From assembly GCA_021801125.1 (NCBI GenBank), contig JAJYYI010000119.1, forward strand, positions 20,191-84,190: DNA of 64,000 nt, given 5' to 3'. Positions within the stretch are counted from its first letter, which is position 1. Every line of letters begins with the position of its first letter. This document shows, piece by piece, positions 58,051 through 64,000 of the stretch. Under the pieces are notes generated by a model. The model worked only from the letters and a program-made list of their open reading frames with translations, did not search any database and was not told the DNA's origin. The DNA comes from Deltaproteobacteria bacterium. GTDB taxonomy: Bacteria > Desulfobacterota > Binatia > Binatales > Binataceae. The position numbers and the translations under genes were made by a program.

Positions 58051-59073
58051 ATGGCTCTCCCCGCGCTGCTCAGAACGGCCAAGGCCGTCTTGAGTTCGGA
58101 GCCGGTGCGACAGAGCTTGCCTGAAACGGGGCTTGAGAGGAGCGCTAACGCCCTGCGCGCTCAAGGCCTTGCCAAGCATTTCGGCGAGCTTAAAGCCGTC
58201 GACGGAATTGACCTGCAGGTCGGTCAAGGCGAGCTTTTCGGGCTCCTGGGCCCCAACGGCTCGGGTAAGACCACCACGATCCACATGCTCACCACCTTGA
58301 CGCGGCCGACGCTCGGCAGCGCGACCGTGGCAGGCTTTGATGTTTGCGCCGACCCGGTGTCGGTCAGGCGGCAAATCGGTCTGGTCTTTCAGGAGTCCGC
58401 CCTGGATCGCAACCTGACCGTCGCGGAGAATCTCCATTTCGCCGCCGCGTTATACATGATGCCGCTTGCGCTGGCGCGGCTGCGGACTAACGAGTTGTTG
58501 CGCGTTTTCAACCTCGAGGCCAAGCGCGACGTGCCGGTCGGCAGGCTGTCGGGAGGTATGCGTCGCGCCGTGGACGTGGCGCGCGGCGTGCTTCATCGTC
58601 CGCGGGTGCTTTTTCTAGATGAGCCTACGCTCGGGCTCGACCCGATCAATCGCCAAGCTTTGTGGCAATTCATCGCACGGCTTCGGCGCGAAGAGCAAAT
58701 CACGGTGCTCATCACGACGCACTATCTCGAGGAAGCCACCGCCTGCGACCAGGTCGCCTTTCTTAACGCGGGCAGAATAATCGGGCGCGGCACGCCGGGG
58801 TATCTGATCAAAGAGCTGGGCGCGTATGTGCTCGATATCGAGGGCCCGGATTCCGACCAGATCGCGGCGCGCTTCGAGCCGCGTTTCGGCGCCGGACTCA
58901 AGACGCACGGCAAGGTGAGCTTTCGCGTCGCGGAGGAGCATTTCTCGATCAGCCGCCTCGAAGCGGAAATCGATCCGCGCGTACAAGCGATGCATCTGCG
59001 CCGTCCGGACTTAAACGATGTCTACCTCTGGCTGATACACGGAAGATTAGGTCATAAGGAGCAGGGGAGCTGA
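58051..59073 (+). CDS. ABC transporter ATP-binding protein (ABC-2/DrrA-type exporter ATPase)
   Basis: GPNGSGKTT, LSGGMRRAVDVARG, LFLDEPTLGLD and a C-terminal DrrA-like extension. Begins 10 nt after the pqqE stop. Confidence 0.85.
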   Translation: MALPALLRTAKAVLSSEPVRQSLPETGLERSANALRAQGLAKHFGELKAVDGIDLQVGQGELFGLLGPNGSGKTTTIHMLTTLTRPTLGSATVAGFDVCADPVSVRRQIGLVFQESALDRNLTVAENLHFAAALYMMPLALARLRTNELLRVFNLEAKRDVPVGRLSGGMRRAVDVARGVLHRPRVLFLDEPTLGLDPINRQALWQFIARLRREEQITVLITTHYLEEATACDQVAFLNAGRIIGRGTPGYLIKELGAYVLDIEGPDSDQIAARFEPRFGAGLKTHGKVSFRVAEEHFSISRLEAEIDPRVQAMHLRRPDLNDVYLWLIHGRLGHKEQGS

Positions 59074-59879
59074 TGTGGCGTCCGTTGTGCGCGATCATCG
59101 AGCGTGAGCTCAAATGGACCGTGCGCCAGCGGGGCCGGTTGGTCAGCGCGATGGTGCGCCCGCTGCTATGGCTGCTGACCGTCGGCGTGGGTTTCGAGGC
59201 GATGCTGCGCGAGACGGGCTCTGGCAACTACCGCGCGTTTCTGGTGCCGGGATTGCTGGCGATGGTCCTGCTGTTCGGCGCGATGCTCGCGTCGCTCTCG
59301 ATGGTCTATGACCGCGAATCGGGCGTGCTGCGCATGCTGATCATCGCTCCGTTCGCGCATGGGTGGATTGTCGTGGCGCGATGGATCAGCGCAACGCTTG
59401 TGGGATTGGTGCAGGCGGCTATGCTGCTGGTGCTGCTGGGCGTGTTGGGATATTTGAGCGGCGATATTTCAGTGGGCCTGCTGGCCGTGGGGCTCGTCGC
59501 CACCTCGATGGCATGCGCGTCGATCGGCATTCTGATCGCCGTATGGACCCGAGCGCTAGACAACTTCGCGGTGGTGATGAACTTCGTCATTTTTCCGGTG
59601 TTTTTCCTGAGCGGCGCGCTCTATCCCGTCCAGCACCTGCCAAGCTGGCTCAAAATAGTCGCGGCGGTAAACCCGTTCAGTTACGGCGTCGACCTGCTCA
59701 AGCATGCGACGGTTACAGAATCCGCGTCTTTGTTCGGCGCTGACTTCGCTTTAGGCGTCGACCTGTTGGTACTCGCGGCGTTTACGGCCGTCGCGGTCGT
59801 CGTCGCGGTAATCAGGTTCTCGCAAGATTCCGTTTTGGAGTCCTTCGCGCGATGGCTTAGCGACGGGCGGACGCACTAG
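59073..59879 (+). CDS. ABC-2-type transporter permease
   Basis: 268 aa with 6 hydrophobic segments. The N-terminal ERELKWTVRQRGRL motif is typical of ABC-2 permeases. Its start overlaps the ATPase stop (TGATG). Confidence 0.8.
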   Translation: MWRPLCAIIERELKWTVRQRGRLVSAMVRPLLWLLTVGVGFEAMLRETGSGNYRAFLVPGLLAMVLLFGAMLASLSMVYDRESGVLRMLIIAPFAHGWIVVARWISATLVGLVQAAMLLVLLGVLGYLSGDISVGLLAVGLVATSMACASIGILIAVWTRALDNFAVVMNFVIFPVFFLSGALYPVQHLPSWLKIVAAVNPFSYGVDLLKHATVTESASLFGADFALGVDLLVLAAFTAVAVVVAVIRFSQDSVLESFARWLSDGRTH

Positions 59880-59981
59880 ACCGGTTCGGCGGGATTCGTT
59901 TCTTACCCTGGCGCGGCGGTTCTTTGGTCGGGCATCTGTCAGCACCGGGCGCATTGGCCACGTAGGCGGCGGGGAATCTCG

Positions 59982-62786
59982 TTGCGAAGCGAAGTATCGA
60001 AACTGCTCGCCTCAAGCCTACGCTCGATCGACATTCCGTGCGCGCGGTTCGTGCTGGACAACGGCCTGCGCGTGCTCATATCCAACCGCCCGGGCCCCGG
60101 TCAGGTCGGCGTGAACGTCTGTTACCACGCCGGGTCGAGCGCCGAATCACCGGGTAAATCCGGCCTTGCTCACCTCGTCGAACATCTGATGTACGCCGGC
60201 ACCGAGCATCACCCGCAAAGCTACGTGCCGGCACTGGAGCAAATCGGCGCAACGACGATAAACGCTGACGCCACCGAGGACTTCAGCACTTATTTCGAAA
60301 CCGTGCCCGCAGGCGCGCTCGATCTGGCGCTGTGGATGGAGGCCGAGCGAATGGGATGCCTCTCTCGCGCGATCGACCAGGCCAAATTGGAGCGCGAGCG
60401 CGAGGTTATCCGCGGCGAGATACTTCAGCGCGAAAACGAACCTTTCGGCGGGGTCAAGCGGCTCATTCGCGCGCATTCGTATCCCGCAGGCCATCCTTAC
60501 CAGCGCGTCGCGTTGGGCTCGATCGAGGAACTGGAGGCCCTCACGCTCGACGACGTCCATCAATGGCTCGCCAGCTTTCACAGCCCGGCCAACGCGTTGC
60601 TCGTCGTCGGCGGCGCCGCGGCTCCGCGATCGGTCATCGCTCGTATCAAGCACTTTTTTGGCGCCTTGGCGGCGGACGCTGCCCCGAGCCGCCACGGACC
60701 CCCACCCCGGCTCGCGCCGTTTGCCGAGCGCAAAACAGCGCTTATTACTCATTCGAGGGGTGGCGCGCGCGTTTATAAGGTTTGGAACATCCCGCCATGG
60801 ACTCATCCCGACCATGCGGTTATAGAGCTAGCGGCGAATATTCTGGCGGCGGGCGCGGATTCGATATTGGGGGAGCGTCTGATCAGGTCGCGGGGGATTG
60901 CAACCCAAATCGGTTTCGAGATCGGCGAAAACGAGTTGGGCTCGCAGCTCATAGCTTATGCTGACGCGAGGTCGGAGGCTCTATCCGGCGATCTAGCCGA
61001 GACAATCGATCAAGAAATCGCGCGCTTCTTGAGCAGCGAGCCGTCGCCAGAGGTGTTCGACGCAGCACGCATGGCGCTGATACGGAGCGCGCTTCAAGCC
61101 CTTGAGTGTTTGACTGGCCCGAAGAGTCTGACGCGCGCCCTCGTGATGAGCGAGCTTCTGGCCGCAAATCCAGCTTTTTTTCATGAGCGCCTCACGAAGA
61201 TTGCCGAGGCCGGCCCGGACGCTGTGCTTTCCTGCGCAGCCCGTTGGCTCGGTGGCAGCGTGTTTACGTTGGCGGCGCTGCCGTCGGCGACGCCGCCTCT
61301 AGCGGAATCGGCAAACGCCCGTCGCGCAGCGCGGCCGCGCGCTGCTGTGCCAAGTGGGAAGCCCCAGGCGTGGAGGGCTACCCCATGCGGCTTGCCGTCC
61401 GTGATCACCGCGGACGCGCTCGAAGCGCGCCTGCCCGCGCTGAAGGCGATGACCCTCGGAAACGGGCTTAGCCTTTTGCTCGCGGAGCGTCCGGGCGCGG
61501 CGACCGCGAACGTACGAATGGTTTTGCGGAGTTCGATGCGCGCTGAGCGCGCTTGGCGTCCCGCAAGCTGCGGGATCGCCGGTTTCGCCGCAGCCATGCT
61601 TGCCGAGGGCCACACGGAGCGGCGACCCGGAAAGATCAATGCTCCGTTTAGGATGCTCGGCGCAGAGTTCCGAGGTCGTACAGGATTGGATACCGCAACC
61701 TTGGAACTTTCGGGACTGAACTTTAACCTCGCCCCAGCCCTGGAACTGCTGGCCGAAATCACGTCGAATCCCAGATTCGAGCCCGGCGACGTTCGTCCGT
61801 TGAAACTGCGGCGCCTCGCGGAGATCGAGCACGAGAAGGCGCACCCGTTTGATTTCGCGCTGCGAACGATGCCGCGTCTGGTCTTTGGCGAGGGCCATCC
61901 GTATGCGCAGCCGCTATCCGGTCTGGGCTGCTCTTCATGCATCGAAGCGCTGACGCCCGGCGATCTCGCCGACTTCTACTGCCGATGGGCGCGGCCCGAC
62001 CGGACGGCGCTGGTGGTGGTCGGCGACCTTGACTCTCGCTCGCTGCGTTCAGCGATCGAAAGGGCTTTCAGAGCTTGGGGCCCGCATACCGGCGCAGCTA
62101 GAGCACTCGCTATCGCGCCGGACGTCGTGAGCGGCAAACCCGCCGCGCCCGGTGTTATCTTCACCGTAAACCGACCTGGCCAGACTCAATCCGCAATCAC
62201 CGTTGGATGGCCCGTCTCGTCCCTGAGTGTTGCCGACGAGGCCGCATTTCTTTTGGCTCGCGCGCTTGCGGCGGATATGTTCAGTTCACGGCTGAATCTC
62301 CTGCTGCGCGAGCAGATGAACTGCAGCTACGGCGTGCGCTGCCTTAGCGCGCACGCTGAGGGTGGCGGGCTTTGCTTGATTCACGCGTCAGTGCGAGCCG
62401 ACATGACCGGGGCTGCGCTGCGAGAAGTAAGGCGCATCCTGGCCGAGCTTTGCGCGGACAGCGGGGTATCGACGGCGGAGGCGACCAGGGCGCGGACCTA
62501 CGTCAGAGCCAGATTGGTGGCGTTCTCGGAGAGCGGTAGTCAAACCGCACAGGCGGCCGAGCAGATCGTTGCTCGCGCGCTCGACGCGGATTATTACCAG
62601 CAGCTCTCGGACCGGCTTCAGACTGTCAAGCCGGAGGAGATCGTTCACGCTGCGCGCACGATCTTGAACCCCAGCGGCGCAACCTGGCTTCTCGCGGCGG
62701 ATATGAACGTTGTCGCCGAGCAACTGCGCGACCAAGGACAGGTGATTAGGTCGCTCGAGAGCGGTGACCAGCACGTTGCCCCCTGA
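59982..62786 (+). CDS. single-chain double-unit M16 (pitrilysin/insulinase) zinc peptidase, PqqF/PqqG-like by context
   Basis: 934 aa. The first M16 unit has HLVEH (60171..60185) and a downstream glutamate block (EREREVIRGEILQRENE). The second unit (from about residue 490) lacks HxxEH. No hydrophobic signal peptide is visible at the N-terminus. TTG start is uncertain. Confidence 0.85.
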   Translation: MRSEVSKLLASSLRSIDIPCARFVLDNGLRVLISNRPGPGQVGVNVCYHAGSSAESPGKSGLAHLVEHLMYAGTEHHPQSYVPALEQIGATTINADATEDFSTYFETVPAGALDLALWMEAERMGCLSRAIDQAKLEREREVIRGEILQRENEPFGGVKRLIRAHSYPAGHPYQRVALGSIEELEALTLDDVHQWLASFHSPANALLVVGGAAAPRSVIARIKHFFGALAADAAPSRHGPPPRLAPFAERKTALITHSRGGARVYKVWNIPPWTHPDHAVIELAANILAAGADSILGERLIRSRGIATQIGFEIGENELGSQLIAYADARSEALSGDLAETIDQEIARFLSSEPSPEVFDAARMALIRSALQALECLTGPKSLTRALVMSELLAANPAFFHERLTKIAEAGPDAVLSCAARWLGGSVFTLAALPSATPPLAESANARRAARPRAAVPSGKPQAWRATPCGLPSVITADALEARLPALKAMTLGNGLSLLLAERPGAATANVRMVLRSSMRAERAWRPASCGIAGFAAAMLAEGHTERRPGKINAPFRMLGAEFRGRTGLDTATLELSGLNFNLAPALELLAEITSNPRFEPGDVRPLKLRRLAEIEHEKAHPFDFALRTMPRLVFGEGHPYAQPLSGLGCSSCIEALTPGDLADFYCRWARPDRTALVVVGDLDSRSLRSAIERAFRAWGPHTGAARALAIAPDVVSGKPAAPGVIFTVNRPGQTQSAITVGWPVSSLSVADEAAFLLARALAADMFSSRLNLLLREQMNCSYGVRCLSAHAEGGGLCLIHASVRADMTGAALREVRRILAELCADSGVSTAEATRARTYVRARLVAFSESGSQTAQAAEQIVARALDADYYQQLSDRLQTVKPEEIVHAARTILNPSGATWLLAADMNVVAEQLRDQGQVIRSLESGDQHVAP

Positions 62787-62882
62787 CATGCGGCAACTGC
62801 CCGGCCGGGAGGCCGCAACCCCACGCATCGCACGCGCTCGAATCGACCCGGCGGTTTGGCGCGTTTACCCGCGCCGCTGAGA

Positions 62883-63272
62883 CTACGTGCCCCGCGGGTA
62901 ATCCGCCTTTGCCGGAATGACGTGCCGCACTCCGCCGCGCGGCTGTGGATGGTCGCCGCGATATCGCGGAATCAAATGAATGTGGACGTGGAAGATGCTC
63001 TGCCCGGCCGCCGCCCCCACGTTCACTCCAACATTATAGCCGTCGGGGCTCAGCTCCTCGGCCAAACCGTTTCGCTGAGCCGCAAGAAGCTCCATGCAAG
63101 CGGCGACCTCATCAGGCGACAGGTCGAAGAAATCGGCGCAATGGCGTAGCGGGATTATCAGCGTGTGCCCCCGGCTGACCGGGTACGAGTCGCGCGTCGC
63201 ATAGGCTAATTCGTTGCGCCCGCATATTTCGCGCGGCGCGCAGAACAAGCACGGATTGTTAGGGTCCCTCAT
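62883..63272 (-). CDS. HIT-family (histidine triad) nucleotide hydrolase/transferase
   Basis: 129 aa with the HVHIHLIPR histidine triad. ATGA overlap with the upstream gene. Confidence 0.85.
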   Translation of the reverse strand: MRDPNNPCLFCAPREICGRNELAYATRDSYPVSRGHTLIIPLRHCADFFDLSPDEVAACMELLAAQRNGLAEELSPDGYNVGVNVGAAAGQSIFHVHIHLIPRYRGDHPQPRGGVRHVIPAKADYPRGT

Positions 63273-64000
63273 TTCGCCAAATCTGAAGCGTCCGCGACCA
63301 ATCCGCGCGCGTTAAGCTGCGAGCGCGCGTAAAGCATCGCGGTCGTCCGGTAGACCAGGTGCCCGAATTTAGAATAGGGCAGGTATACCAAGAGGAAGAA
63401 CACGAGCGTTAGATGGACGAAATATGTCGGATACGCCAGCGCCGCGAGGTCGGCCAGCCGCAGGGATTCGCACGCGAACCCGGTAAACACAGCCAGCGCC
63501 AGAATGATGAGAAAGAGCCAGTCGGCGTATGTGCTCTTGCCGGCCCGCGCCTGTTCGCCAATCCGATGCCAGAAGAACACGGCTAGTCCGACCACGAGCG
63601 CCGTCCCGCTAACATTGCCCAGAATCTTAACCGGATGCCACAGCGGCCACGGCGTCAGATAGTCAAAAAAGTGGATTCCGACACCCACCGAAGCGGTGGT
63701 CGCTACCAGGCCGAGAAACCCATAAAAAACCGCAAGATGGGTCTTGTAGAGATGAGTTTGATGAGTCGGACGGCTTCCCACGGGCTCATCGATGCACCGC
63801 TTGAATTGGCCGTGGTCGAGAATCTCCCTAATCACTTGAGCGAGCGCCGTCCAAAAACTGCCGCCGCCGTCGGCGCGCGCGCCGCGCATCGCCGACCAGT
63901 ACCGCGCGCCACCCGCTAACGCGCCCAGGACGGCGAGTCCCACGGCAATATCGAACAGCGCCTCGACGTAGAAATCGGGGAAGAGCTTGGCGAAAACGAT
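63269..64000 (-). CDS. NarI/DsrM/HdrE-like integral membrane redox subunit (partial, N-terminus beyond window)
   Basis: The reading frame stays open from 63943 to the window end (IVFAKLFPDFYVEALFDIAVGLAV..), so the GTG in the track is probably internal. About 5 TM helices with conserved His residues and a C-terminal LPYSKFGHLVYR motif seen in NarI-like domains of QmoC/HmeC-type proteins. Confidence 0.45.
   Translation of the reverse strand: MVFAKLFPDFYVEALFDIAVGLAVLGALAGGARYWSAMRGARADGGGSFWTALAQVIREILDHGQFKRCIDEPVGSRPTHQTHLYKTHLAVFYGFLGLVATTASVGVGIHFFDYLTPWPLWHPVKILGNVSGTALVVGLAVFFWHRIGEQARAGKSTYADWLFLIILALAVFTGFACESLRLADLAALAYPTYFVHLTLVFFLLVYLPYSKFGHLVYRTTAMLYARSQLNARGLVADASDLAK

Noticed and set aside
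61181-61942. 253-aa and 199-aa minus-strand ORFs inside the M16 peptidase gene
   Set aside because: Shadow ORFs. The plus-strand frame is continuous for 934 aa with M16 motifs.

Overview
High-GC chromosomal window from a Gram-negative bacterium (KDO/LPS genes and a TonB-dependent receptor are present). I support about 50 protein genes and one tRNA. I saw no rRNA, CRISPR array, transposase, integrase or phage genes. All calls rest on reading the supplied translations and the DNA by eye; no database search was run.

Layout:
- 0-7 kb: partial APC permease, GDE-type glucosidase, MBL hydrolase and a GT4 glycosyltransferase.
- 7.5-10.8 kb: orphan HPr, then metK and ahcY.
- 11-18.5 kb: membrane and transport proteins, plus an acyl-CoA ligase / split MaoC hydratase / IclR module.
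- 19-21.4 kb: two-gene ergothioneine module egtB-egtD, followed by an orphan duplicated ABC permease.
- 23.3-28.2 kb: urtABCDE urea ABC transporter with a sigma-54-like promoter.
- 28.6-31.5 kb: TonB-dependent receptor with a small CxxC secreted protein.
- 32.7-36 kb: kdsA-pyrG-kdsB.
- 36-39 kb: FAD oxidase and a class-III aminotransferase.
- 39.5-44.5 kb: fused transaldolase/PGI and transketolase.
- 44.9-47.6 kb: MFS transporter, envelope-stress-like small proteins and tRNA-Arg(UCG).

The most interesting part is 47.8-62.8 kb, a same-strand quinoprotein block. It holds a PQQ sugar dehydrogenase, qor, a lanthanide-type xoxF (DYD motif), xoxJ and an unusual two-heme xoxG. It also holds pqqA (unlisted in the ORF track) with its own promoter and an attenuator-like terminator, then pqqBCDE. 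Directly attached are an ABC-2 exporter pair and a 934-aa single-chain M16 peptidase. I read that tail as a candidate PqqF/G-type maturation protease plus a candidate PQQ (or peptide) exporter. This is a hypothesis, not a demonstrated function.

The window ends with a HIT protein translationally coupled to a partial NarI/DsrM-like membrane redox subunit.
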